From assembly GCA_964552295.1 (NCBI GenBank), contig CAZKFV010000101.1, positions 2,401 to 66,400 on the forward strand: 64,000 bases of DNA, in the 5' to 3' direction. The translations under genes were made by a program, and so were the position numbers. Below the pieces are notes generated by a model that searched no databases, was not told the origin of the DNA, and saw nothing but the letters and a program-made list of their open reading frames with translations. The first letter of the stretch is position 1. Each line of letters begins with the position of its first letter. Below, piece by piece: positions 19,674-28,258 of this stretch. Source of the stretch: an uncultured Thermotogae bacterium. Its GTDB lineage: Bacteria > Bipolaricaulota > Bipolaricaulia > UBA7950 > UBA9294.

Positions 19674-21905
19674 CTAGTCACCGCATGGCATGCAGCCGGT
19701 GCTGCCTTCACAGGGTCCAAGCACTGATCCAGGAAGCGGATCACAGATGTTAGTGCTGGTCAGCCAGTAGGCAATGATCGTCTTCAGGGTCTCGTAGCTG
19801 ACGGTCCTGCCACAGGTGCGCGGTACAAGCTCATCCTCTAACCAAAATGCTATCGCTCTCTGTACTTGCTGGAATGAGATCTTGTCTGATAGGTTTATGT
19901 CGATCGTGTCGTTATCCACGTCCCAACGAGATATTGCCACAATCACCGGAAGACAATCGCTAACTATGACGGTGCTATCACCAGTCACAAATTTATCCTG
20001 ACACGGAAGTGCGCTATCAACAACACCCCTGATCTTATCGTTACTGACATAGCAAGGGTCGCTCCCACTTGTCTCTATTGCCTCAGTTTGTGGGACTTCA
20101 ACCTGATAGATAATTGTCTTCATCATTCCAGCTTGGATCTTGCTCGGATACACCCATTCAACCTGGGAGCGCTTGTAGATGAACCCGTCGTTTTCGATGG
20201 GGATTACCTTCCATCCAGTTGGCAAATCCTCTGCAAGCCCTACGCCATACATGTCTTGATCAGCGCTGATCTCGACCTTAACGGTGAACGTATTTCCCGC
20301 AAGGTTTCCTTGACCGTCGATGTAGTTCAGTAGTATGTTATTGCACGGCACGGGTGTGGCAATAGTGCGCACCGCGTTTATGTTCGCTTCCTCCATCGGG
20401 GGAAGGTCTACATCTACCGGCGTGCAGGTGTAAGCATACGCCGAGATCTCTTTCATATCTTCCAGGCCGATAACCGCGCCCTGAGTCCAAGGAACATATT
20501 CCTCATTCTGCCACATCTCCAATGCCCGCTTCAGCTGCTCCGGCGAGATTTTCTGCGATAAGCGGAGATCTATGCTGTCCTCGCTCTCATAGTCAAACCT
20601 GGGAACAAGGTGCGCAATAGCTGTATTCAAAGGCAAAGCATCCGTAACCTCTATGCTGTAATCACCTTCTACAGGCAACTCCAACGCTGGAGTGCGCGCT
20701 TGGAAGATACCAGCAATATCGAAACAGACAGGAAGCGTCGTTGCAACCAAATCGCTGCTTCCAGGAACAGTTACTTCATAGGAAATTACCTTAGTTGTAC
20801 CGGCTTTTATTCTGTCTATAAACACCCACTGCACAGCAGCTCGCTTGAAGGCAGCCCCCGCATTCTCCAAAGGCTTAATCTTCCAACCCACCGGAAGCTT
20901 CTCCTCCAAACCAACACCGGCAAGATCCATTTCTGGTTCAATACGAACAACAACCTTGAATGTACTTCCCGGAAGAGCGGAAACCGTCGAAATGGTTCGA
21001 GTCACGTTAACAGCAAGATCGGATATGTTAAGCGACATACTAAATCTCTCAGTCGCCCCTTCCGAGTCTGTGGCACGCAATGTGACCCGCTTTGTTCCTG
21101 CTAGCGTGTAGTTATACGTCACAACAGGACTTGTTACTTTCTCATCGAATAACCCGTCACCATCGAAATCCCACGCATACTCAGTTATTGTGCCATCCGG
21201 ATCAAACGTAGAGCTGGCGTCAAAGGTAACTGGCTCATTGATGTGGGGTTTAGTAGGCGAAGTAACAAATGATACTTGGGGTGGCTCATTTGGCGTTCCC
21301 TTAACTACTATACCATCAATTAGGTTAAGATCCACTGCTTGTGGAGCGTCCAAGGACCCTGTTAGAAACTTAGCCGCGGTAATTCCTGATGCAAACAACG
21401 GCATTACCTTGAGTTCGAAGTCCCTTCCCAGGGGTCCAAGTACCATTCCATCAGCCTTTCCTTCATCCCAATGCCAGGAAACCTTTCCAGTGGGAGGTGT
21501 AATCTCCCAGGTCTCGCGGAAATCAACCGCGCCATCATCCGCAACAATGAAATCTGCTCCAGCAGGAACACCTGATAGAGTAAATGTTGTTGTACCTGCC
21601 GCGCCCCCTGTATCGCTCAACAGTACAAACAGGGATATCTCGCCTGTCGTGGTATTGCGATACAGGAACATCACAGCTGTGTTTGTTTCTTCAAGGCCTG
21701 TATCCGACTGGTTGTTAGCCAGACTGTAATAATCGATTGCAGCGGTCGTTCCAGCCAGCGGCGTTATTTGCACCGACTCGACCCTATCCCCTTGGCTCAC
21801 CGTGTAGTACCCCGACTCCTGGGCAAGTACACTCGCCGAGAGTAGGAGGGTGCCGAGTACCAAGAGGAGGAAAAGGCCATAAAGGCTAACCTTATACACC
21901 TTCAT
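19674..21905 (-). CDS. secreted protein: unassigned N-domain + PKD + two (GW+WL) module pairs + Cys-rich tail
   Basis: ATG 21903-21905 is preceded by AGGAGG with 5-nt spacing; the ORF-track start at 21929 is less likely. Signal LYGLFLLLVLGTLLLSASVLA. PKD signature YAWDFDGDG. The C-terminus is GPCEGSTGCMPCGD. Confidence 0.7.
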   Translation of the reverse strand: MKVYKVSLYGLFLLLVLGTLLLSASVLAQESGYYTVSQGDRVESVQITPLAGTTAAIDYYSLANNQSDTGLEETNTAVMFLYRNTTTGEISLFVLLSDTGGAAGTTTFTLSGVPAGADFIVADDGAVDFRETWEITPPTGKVSWHWDEGKADGMVLGPLGRDFELKVMPLFASGITAAKFLTGSLDAPQAVDLNLIDGIVVKGTPNEPPQVSFVTSPTKPHINEPVTFDASSTFDPDGTITEYAWDFDGDGLFDEKVTSPVVTYNYTLAGTKRVTLRATDSEGATERFSMSLNISDLAVNVTRTISTVSALPGSTFKVVVRIEPEMDLAGVGLEEKLPVGWKIKPLENAGAAFKRAAVQWVFIDRIKAGTTKVISYEVTVPGSSDLVATTLPVCFDIAGIFQARTPALELPVEGDYSIEVTDALPLNTAIAHLVPRFDYESEDSIDLRLSQKISPEQLKRALEMWQNEEYVPWTQGAVIGLEDMKEISAYAYTCTPVDVDLPPMEEANINAVRTIATPVPCNNILLNYIDGQGNLAGNTFTVKVEISADQDMYGVGLAEDLPTGWKVIPIENDGFIYKRSQVEWVYPSKIQAGMMKTIIYQVEVPQTEAIETSGSDPCYVSNDKIRGVVDSALPCQDKFVTGDSTVIVSDCLPVIVAISRWDVDNDTIDINLSDKISFQQVQRAIAFWLEDELVPRTCGRTVSYETLKTIIAYWLTSTNICDPLPGSVLGPCEGSTGCMPCGD

Positions 21906-22024
21906 TGCTACCTCCTTTGTGCTCATCATTTGTATTCAGTTCGCAAAAATACACCATTACCATTCTACCAATCACCTTCCTTGAAAGTCTGTAACGTCAG
22001 TTACTGTTACCTCTCGCCGTCGGC

Positions 22025-22690
22025 TCACAGCAATACCGCCAATTGGTACAAGGCATTATCGATTGCCGCTTTTGCAGCCTCTGTCGGATCAGCTGTTAAC
22101 AAAGAAAAGAGGGGTTTGTCCTCTGTGGTAACAGCTGTGGTAAACTCTATCTCTCCAGAAGAGCTAAAGACTGTAACAAAAACACCGACGGTTGCCTTCT
22201 TTTCCATGCCCAAAAAGAGACCGAGCGGGCTGGTAAGTAGCTTGACTGAATTATCGAGAAAGGAGCTAGCCCCAAGGAAGAGCAAAGAACGCTCAGGACA
22301 AAAAGAGATAAAGCTCTCCCAACGTACAATCCGAAAGACAACCAGATGATTCGCATCCAGTGCCTGTGCCAGCCTGCGCATCCCGTCAAGCGGAACGCTG
22401 TTTCCGATGTAAGTGTTCGTCAGCCTCTGCGCGTACATCAATTCTCCGGCTGAGGCAACGCTAGATCCGGTAATGACTGCGCAGTGCTGACTGGCGTAGT
22501 TCTTCAGTATATCTAGCTGTGCTGCTGGAACAGGAACCGCAGCCTGCACAAAAACCCCCACCTTTTCCTTCTGGCCGAACGCCGGCACGATCATCGTAAG
22601 AATGATCAACAGGAAAACAATTCCGCACAATGCGTTGCGCGCTCTGGTCAACATATCTCGTCCCACCACCCATTTGGATCCGTGTTTCAT
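22025..22690 (-). CDS. hypothetical protein with N-terminal signal anchor (first gene of surface-protein operon)
   Basis: Hydrophobic N-terminus ALCGIVFLLIILTMIVPAFG. No recognised motif. The start is uncertain (ATG 22690 or 22654). Confidence 0.45.
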   Translation of the reverse strand: MKHGSKWVVGRDMLTRARNALCGIVFLLIILTMIVPAFGQKEKVGVFVQAAVPVPAAQLDILKNYASQHCAVITGSSVASAGELMYAQRLTNTYIGNSVPLDGMRRLAQALDANHLVVFRIVRWESFISFCPERSLLFLGASSFLDNSVKLLTSPLGLFLGMEKKATVGVFVTVFSSSGEIEFTTAVTTEDKPLFSLLTADPTEAAKAAIDNALYQLAVLL

Positions 22691-22887
22691 TGCCCGAAGT
22701 CTAGCCGGAATGGGTAGTTGAGAGAAAGGAAAGGTGTCGATAGTGGTGCCCGGCTTTGTCTAGAGGGGGTTAGACAAATGTCCGCTGCCAGTCAGTCGTG
22801 CATCTTGAGAATGAGAAACCCAACAACTATAGCAGGAGGAATATGAGTAGCGTATTTACCAAAGCCCGTAGCTCAATTCCTATCTAA

Positions 22888-23337
22888 CTAGAACGAGATC
22901 TCTTTGGGGTTCTGAGCGGCGTGTGGATGTAGCGGACCAGAATAGATTTTCAGCTTACGCAGCATTCGCCTTCCAAGCGTATTCTTAGGAAGCATCCGGC
23001 GAACTGCCTCGCGCACAGGAACTGTCGGCCGTTTTTCAGAAAGCTTGCGGTATGTTATCTCCTTAAGACCACCCATGTACCCTGTATGACGTTGGAACAG
23101 TTTCTGATCCCACTTGTTCCCAGTTAGGCTTACCTTCTCAGCATTAATCACTACAACATAATCGCCTGTGTCAACGTGAGGGGTGTAAATGGCTTTGTGC
23201 TTTCCTTGCAACAAAACTGCTATTTCGCTGGCCAAACGGCCCAACGGTTTGCCATCCGCATTGACAACATACCAATCCCTGTTCCAGCTATTCCCTATTT
23301 CTTCGTTCTTTGCCACAAAAGTCCGTTGCATATTCAT
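22888..23337 (-). CDS. rplM: 50S ribosomal protein L13
   Basis: [47 protein letters not shown]...MLPKNTLGR is canonical L13. Confidence 0.93.
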   Translation of the reverse strand: MNMQRTFVAKNEEIGNSWNRDWYVVNADGKPLGRLASEIAVLLQGKHKAIYTPHVDTGDYVVVINAEKVSLTGNKWDQKLFQRHTGYMGGLKEITYRKLSEKRPTVPVREAVRRMLPKNTLGRRMLRKLKIYSGPLHPHAAQNPKEISF

Positions 23338-23363
23338 TGCTCCTTGCTATTCACACTTGCAAA

Positions 23364-23392
23364 AGTATATCCCCGCGTCTTGCCGCTGTCAA
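23364..23392 (-). promoter_or_regulatory. near-consensus sigma70 promoter for rplM
   Basis: Minus strand: TTGACA (23392-23387), a 17-nt spacer, then TATACT (23369-23364). It is followed by a 26-nt leader with AAGGAG before ATG 23337. Confidence 0.55.
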
Positions 23393-23400
23393 AACATCCC

Positions 23401-23430
23401 TTGCACAGCTGATTGATAGAGCGCTAAAAT
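23401..23430 (+). promoter_or_regulatory. possible promoter giving a (near-)leaderless amrB transcript
   Basis: TTGCAC (23401-23406), an 18-nt spacer, then TAAAAT (23425-23430). The ATG at 23440 is only 9 nt after the -10 and has no SD. Confidence 0.3.
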
Positions 23431-23439
23431 CGTAATATC

Positions 23440-24273
23440 ATGAGCGTACATAGAAAGCCAATAGCTGCTGGAACATTTTATCCAGATGCATCCAGGGATC
23501 TGACGCTCGTATTAGAACGACTGTGCCCATTTGTGCCCAGCCAGACAAAGCTAAATTCATCGGTAGGATTGATTGCCCCGCACGCCGGCTATGTTTACTC
23601 GGGATCGGTGGCCGGGAAGGCCTTCTCACTACTTGCCTCAATGGGAACACCAGAGTGGGCAATTATATTGGGATCGAACCATACTGGAATGGGATATCCG
23701 ATATCGACCGTTATAGACCAGACTTGGGAGACCCCTCTGGGAACTTCCACCGTCTCATCAGAGATCGCTCAACAAATAATCACTGGAGGAGCACGGGTAG
23801 CTCCGGAGGCGTTCCTTCATGAACACTCAATCGAAGTGCAGCTTCCGTTTATTCAGCACCTGTTTGGGTTGGATATCCCATTTGTTCCCATCTGCATCAT
23901 GCTTCCCCCACTAGAGGATATTATCGCTCTAGGTGAGGTAATTGCGGGCGTGTCAAAAGAGACCACCGGCGTTGTTGTCGCTAGTAGTGATTTTACCCAT
24001 TACCAGCCCAGCCACATCGCTCACAGGTTAGACCACCAGGCAATCGAGCACATCGTTGCTCTCGATTTAGACGGGTTTTACCACAAGTTGATTTCCGAAA
24101 GGCTCACCATTTGTGGGGCAGGAGCAATAGCCGCATTGATGAGCTGTGCGCGCCGCCTGGATTGGAAGGGGGAACTCATCTCTTACACTACTTCAGGTGA
24201 CATCACCGGCGACCAGACTGCAGTTGTTGGATATGCTGCCATTTCATTTATTGGAGGAAAGGATGATAAATAG
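23440..24273 (+). CDS. amrB: Memo-like / AmmeMemoRadiSam system protein B
   Basis: Family blocks AAGTFYP, GLIAPHAGYVYSGSVAG and ASSDFTHY are present. Confidence 0.8.
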   Translation: MSVHRKPIAAGTFYPDASRDLTLVLERLCPFVPSQTKLNSSVGLIAPHAGYVYSGSVAGKAFSLLASMGTPEWAIILGSNHTGMGYPISTVIDQTWETPLGTSTVSSEIAQQIITGGARVAPEAFLHEHSIEVQLPFIQHLFGLDIPFVPICIMLPPLEDIIALGEVIAGVSKETTGVVVASSDFTHYQPSHIAHRLDHQAIEHIVALDLDGFYHKLISERLTICGAGAIAALMSCARRLDWKGELISYTTSGDITGDQTAVVGYAAISFIGGKDDK

Positions 24274-25126
24274 TATGACTGGCTTTGGCGTGGGAACAGC
24301 CACTGGCGAAGGTTGGAAAGCGGAGGTAACTCTCCGCACCCTGAATAATCGTTTTCTATCCGTCCACGTCCGTTCCTTCCACGATCGCCCACACTTGCAG
24401 GTAAAGGTAGAAGAGATGATCAAGCAATCGTTCAACCGGGGAGATGTCGGGGTGTTAGTCTCCCTAGAACGCGACTCAGAATCCGATGAAATGGAGGTTT
24501 TCTCTTCACAGATAGCCCAGAGATACCTAAGAGGATTGCAAAAGTTAGCTAACCAGTTCGCTCTTCCAACCCCTCCCAGCCTATCCGATCTGATAGCCGT
24601 GGGCGCATTACAGCTTTCAACTAACCAAGAGAGCGATCCGGGAATGGTAGTGCAGCAAGCCTTAAAGCAGGCGATCGCCGCAACAACAGAGGCAAGGGCC
24701 AAAGAGGGAGAACACCTAGCTGCTGAGATCGACAAAATTCTGAAGAAGCTGACGTCCCTAGTTAGCGAAGTGAAGGAGCGTCTTCCACAAGTGCAGAATA
24801 ACCTCCGACAGCGTATGCAAGAGAAGGTGAATTCTCTCGAAGTAGAGGTTGACGCTGCGCGAATGGAGATGGAGATCGCGCTAATTGTAGAACGCTACGA
24901 TATAGAAGAAGAGATCACGCGGTTGCGGGGACACATCAGCCGAGCGGGATCCATTCTCTCATCGGATCAGCCTGTCGGCAAAGAGCTGGACTTCCTTAGC
25001 CAAGAGATGCTTCGCGAAGTTAATACCCTGGGCTCAAAGTCTCGCGATCTGCAGATCAATGGTCTGGTTATAGACATGAAACTTGCTGTAAACGCCTTCA
25101 AGGAACAAGTACAGAATGTCGAATGA
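24263..25126 (+). CDS. yicC: YicC-family stress-induced protein
   Basis: The N-terminus MINSMTGFG and the C-terminal REVNTLGSKS block are typical of YicC (TIGR00255). SD GGAGGAAAGG lies upstream. The N-terminal extension in the ORF track (24146) is an overlap artefact. Confidence 0.8.
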   Translation: MINSMTGFGVGTATGEGWKAEVTLRTLNNRFLSVHVRSFHDRPHLQVKVEEMIKQSFNRGDVGVLVSLERDSESDEMEVFSSQIAQRYLRGLQKLANQFALPTPPSLSDLIAVGALQLSTNQESDPGMVVQQALKQAIAATTEARAKEGEHLAAEIDKILKKLTSLVSEVKERLPQVQNNLRQRMQEKVNSLEVEVDAARMEMEIALIVERYDIEEEITRLRGHISRAGSILSSDQPVGKELDFLSQEMLREVNTLGSKSRDLQINGLVIDMKLAVNAFKEQVQNVE

Positions 25127-25742
25127 CAGGATCAGTGAATACAGACGCGGGATTGGAGGTGGTACAGCATTCGTCGTTTGCGGACCATCTGGGGCTGGAA
25201 AAACCTCAGTAATCGAGCTTGTGATGCAGGCTTTGCCACAGCTTTCTTACTCTGTGTCTTTCACCACGCGTCCCCCACGAAGTGACGAGATAGACGGTGT
25301 AGATTATCACTTCATAAGCAACGCTCAGTTCGAAAGCCTCATTACGAATGGTGATGTGCTCGAGTATGTAACATACCTGGGACACCAATACGGCACTTCA
25401 CGCGATCAGCTTGTGAATCTCTTTGCCAAGGGCAAAGATGTGATACTTAACATAGACGTAAATGGCGCTAGAACGCTAATGAATCGAGGCTTGCTGCGGT
25501 TCTCAACTGTCTACATCTTTCTTACTCCGTCATCCTTGCGGATCCTCGATGCACGCCTGCAGGAACGTGGAACCGAAACGGAAAGGCAAGTTAAACTACG
25601 CCTACAAGTAGGAGCAGAAGAGATCAAGTCAGCCGAAATGTTCGACTATTTGGTAATCAATGATCAGCTCATGTCCGCTGTGGATGAGCTTCGCTCAATT
25701 ATTGTCGCCGAGCGATGTCGGGTGATTCAAGCACATGACTAG
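25116..25742 (+). CDS. gmk: guanylate kinase
   Basis: P-loop GPSGAGKTS and the TTRPPRSDEIDGVDYHF block. Confidence 0.92.
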   Translation: MSNDRISEYRRGIGGGTAFVVCGPSGAGKTSVIELVMQALPQLSYSVSFTTRPPRSDEIDGVDYHFISNAQFESLITNGDVLEYVTYLGHQYGTSRDQLVNLFAKGKDVILNIDVNGARTLMNRGLLRFSTVYIFLTPSSLRILDARLQERGTETERQVKLRLQVGAEEIKSAEMFDYLVINDQLMSAVDELRSIIVAERCRVIQAHD

Positions 25743-26079
25743 AACAGGAGTTGATATAGTAGAGGTTGACCGCATCAAGCGCCTTCATGCCCAATACGGG
25801 AATCACTTTCTCCAACGCGTATTCACAAAAAGGGAGATCGAGTATTCGTTTCAGGCAAAGACCAACACGCGCTACCAGAGATTGGCAACCCGATTTGCAG
25901 CCAAAGAAGCCGTAATCAAGGCTATAGGGCATGCAGTACCTTTCAGCGCCATCGAAGTGAATAATGAGACCTCAGGCAGACCTGCCATCATCTGCAATCT
26001 TACAAAAGGAAGAATTGAGGCCAGTCTGTCTCATACAGACAAACTGGCCATCGCTTTTGTACTAATTGAGGATACCTGA
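25735..26079 (+). CDS. acpS: holo-[acyl-carrier-protein] synthase
   Basis: GVDIVEVDRI and FAAKEAVIKA blocks. Length 114 aa. The gene overlaps gmk by 8 nt. Confidence 0.88.
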   Translation: MTRTGVDIVEVDRIKRLHAQYGNHFLQRVFTKREIEYSFQAKTNTRYQRLATRFAAKEAVIKAIGHAVPFSAIEVNNETSGRPAIICNLTKGRIEASLSHTDKLAIAFVLIEDT

Positions 26080-26083
26080 AGAC

Positions 26084-26395
26084 CTACTTACGCCCCACAC
26101 CCTGTCCGGTGACCTTTAGGTTCTTCTCCACAAGGCGCTTGAGTTCCTTTCCCGGCTTGAAAAGAGGCACTACCTTGGCGTCGACCTGAATCGGCTTCTT
26201 GGTTTGGGGATTAATGCGACTACTGGGGCGGCGCGCACGAACAGCGAACTTACCGAATCCTACCAGTTTAACTTCCTCCCCGTGCTTAAGCGAGTCAGAT
26301 ATAAGTTGAAGAATCGAGTCAAGAAGCTGGCGTGCTTCTTTCTTAGTCAAGTCCGCCGACTCAGACAAACGATCGATGAATTCACCTTTGTTCAT
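26084..26395 (-). CDS. hup: HU/IHF family DNA-binding protein
   Basis: MNKGEFIDRLSE...VKLVGFGKFAVRARRPSSRINPQTKKPIQV is the canonical HU arm. It has a short basic C-terminal extension. Confidence 0.88.
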   Translation of the reverse strand: MNKGEFIDRLSESADLTKKEARQLLDSILQLISDSLKHGEEVKLVGFGKFAVRARRPSSRINPQTKKPIQVDAKVVPLFKPGKELKRLVEKNLKVTGQGVGRK

Positions 26396-26425
26396 TATAG
26401 ATCCTCCTAAAAGATCCTCTAGTTA

Positions 26426-28201
26426 TTAAGATTCTGTGCCTTCGTCTATGGACGCGTTGTTCAGGAGGTCGCGCATACTCAAGCTCTCATGGCCGGAGTC
26501 ATCCAGAAAAGAGCTATCTACACGCTCCTTTGAGCGCTTTTTCGAACGCGGCCTTCGTGGCTCACGACTTACAGGCACCTCAGGCGGGCCGAATAAATTG
26601 CGCATAGTTAGCCGCACCTGCTTCTTATCTTCATTGATCCCGATGATTTTTGCCTGTACTTTGTCCCCCACAGAGAGGACATCTTGCGGTGTGGCAATCC
26701 GCTCATCGCTGATCTCAGATACGTGAATTAACCCATCAACATCATCAGTAATCTTCATGAAGGCTCCAAAATCCTTGATCTCGGTAATCTCGCCCTCGAT
26801 CACCTGATCTATGGAGTACTCATCAACAAACTTGCGCCATGGGTTGGCCTTCAACTCTCTAATACTCAGACTTATGCGCCTTTCCTGTGGATCAACGCTT
26901 AGTATCTTAACTTCCACATCATCGCCCTGCTTCAGAACGTCACGCGGATGGGCGACATGCCCCCAATCAAGTTCAGAGACGTGAACCAAACCTTCTACGC
27001 CATCCTCCAGCTTAACGAAGGCGCCAAAATCGGTGATCTTGGTAACTGTACCAACTACACGTTGTCCAATCGGATACTTAGCTTCCCCATCCTCCCACGG
27101 ATCACGCTGCGTACGGCGTAGCGAGAGACTGATCCTGTGTGTATCCTCATCGCAGCTAAGAACCACAACCTCTACTTCGTCACCTTCTCGCACGACTTCC
27201 TTAGGGTTATCCGGATAACCCCAGGACAGCTCAGATATGTGCACCAAACCTTCAACGTCTTCCTCCAGCTCCACAAATGCGCCAAAATCGGTTACGCTTA
27301 CTACCTTCCCCTTAACTAAAGTCCCCGCGGTGTACCGCTCACTTATTCCTTCCCACGGGTTAGGACGAAGGCGCTTGATGGACAACGAGACTTTCCCTTT
27401 CTCCTTGTCAAAATCGATAACCATAACCTCGACCTTGTCATTTGACTTGTACTGACTAGGCGGAACAGGAAGGTCCTTCCATGCAATCTCCGAGCGATGC
27501 ACAAGCCCCTCAAAACCACCGATGTCAACAAACAAACCGAAGTCGACAACGCTACGGATAGTCCCCTCAATTACCTGTCCGTTTTCTAGGTTCTCGAACA
27601 GGGCCATGCGTTGCTTCTTTTCCTCATCTTTCAGGTATTGCTTGTGCGACACAACAAGGTTCTTGTCACGACGGGAGAGCTCCAGGATCTTCAACGGAAC
27701 ACGCATCCCTTTCAGCTCTTCTATCGCACTTGGAAGGTCACTTCCCAGGTGCGAACCTGGGAGAAAAGCACGAATCCCATCAAGGTTAACGTGGTAACCT
27801 GCGTTCTTTACCTCGTTTACGATCTCTCCCTCAATGATCCCGCCATCGCGGTGGGCTTCTTCGAGAGAGTCGATTCGCTTCTCGTATTCAGCTTGTTTTT
27901 CCGATGCATATACGGTTCCCTTCTCCTCATCAATGTAGGTTACGAGAACCTCTATCTCTTCCCCTTCCTCAACCTTTCCCTCTTTGCGGAAGGGGGAAAG
28001 CTCTCCCACAGGGAGAATGCCTTCGGATTTGTAGCCAATGTCTACGAGAATCTCGTTATCGTTTATCTGTACCACCGTTCCTGTGATTGTGTCACCACGG
28101 CTGTACATCTTTACGTCGCTTTCAGCAAAAGCGTCTTCCATCCTAATTTTTTCTTCCATATTCCTATCACCTGTTAGTAAGATTTCCCCTTCCCCTTTCA
28201 T
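26426..28201 (-). CDS. rpsA: 30S ribosomal protein S1
   Basis: Six S1/OB repeats, each with G.V..V.DFG(A/L)FV and GL(V/I)H(I/V)SE motifs. An alternative start is ATG 28159 (MEEKIRMEDAF...). Confidence 0.9.
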   Translation of the reverse strand: MKGEGEILLTGDRNMEEKIRMEDAFAESDVKMYSRGDTITGTVVQINDNEILVDIGYKSEGILPVGELSPFRKEGKVEEGEEIEVLVTYIDEEKGTVYASEKQAEYEKRIDSLEEAHRDGGIIEGEIVNEVKNAGYHVNLDGIRAFLPGSHLGSDLPSAIEELKGMRVPLKILELSRRDKNLVVSHKQYLKDEEKKQRMALFENLENGQVIEGTIRSVVDFGLFVDIGGFEGLVHRSEIAWKDLPVPPSQYKSNDKVEVMVIDFDKEKGKVSLSIKRLRPNPWEGISERYTAGTLVKGKVVSVTDFGAFVELEEDVEGLVHISELSWGYPDNPKEVVREGDEVEVVVLSCDEDTHRISLSLRRTQRDPWEDGEAKYPIGQRVVGTVTKITDFGAFVKLEDGVEGLVHVSELDWGHVAHPRDVLKQGDDVEVKILSVDPQERRISLSIRELKANPWRKFVDEYSIDQVIEGEITEIKDFGAFMKITDDVDGLIHVSEISDERIATPQDVLSVGDKVQAKIIGINEDKKQVRLTMRNLFGPPEVPVSREPRRPRSKKRSKERVDSSFLDDSGHESLSMRDLLNNASIDEGTES

Positions 28202-28258
28202 CTCAGGGTCGGAGCCCGCAAGCAGATCTTATAAGTTTTCTACTATCCTCCTCCTTTA

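Noticed and set aside
17585-21729. Long plus-strand ORFs (e.g. 17585-18427 at 280 aa, 20610-21104, 21190-21729) inside the surface-protein genes.
   Set aside because: They are antisense shadows of PKD/vWA genes. Their Ser/Thr/Pro-rich translations carry no motifs, whereas the minus-strand frames carry clear domain signatures.
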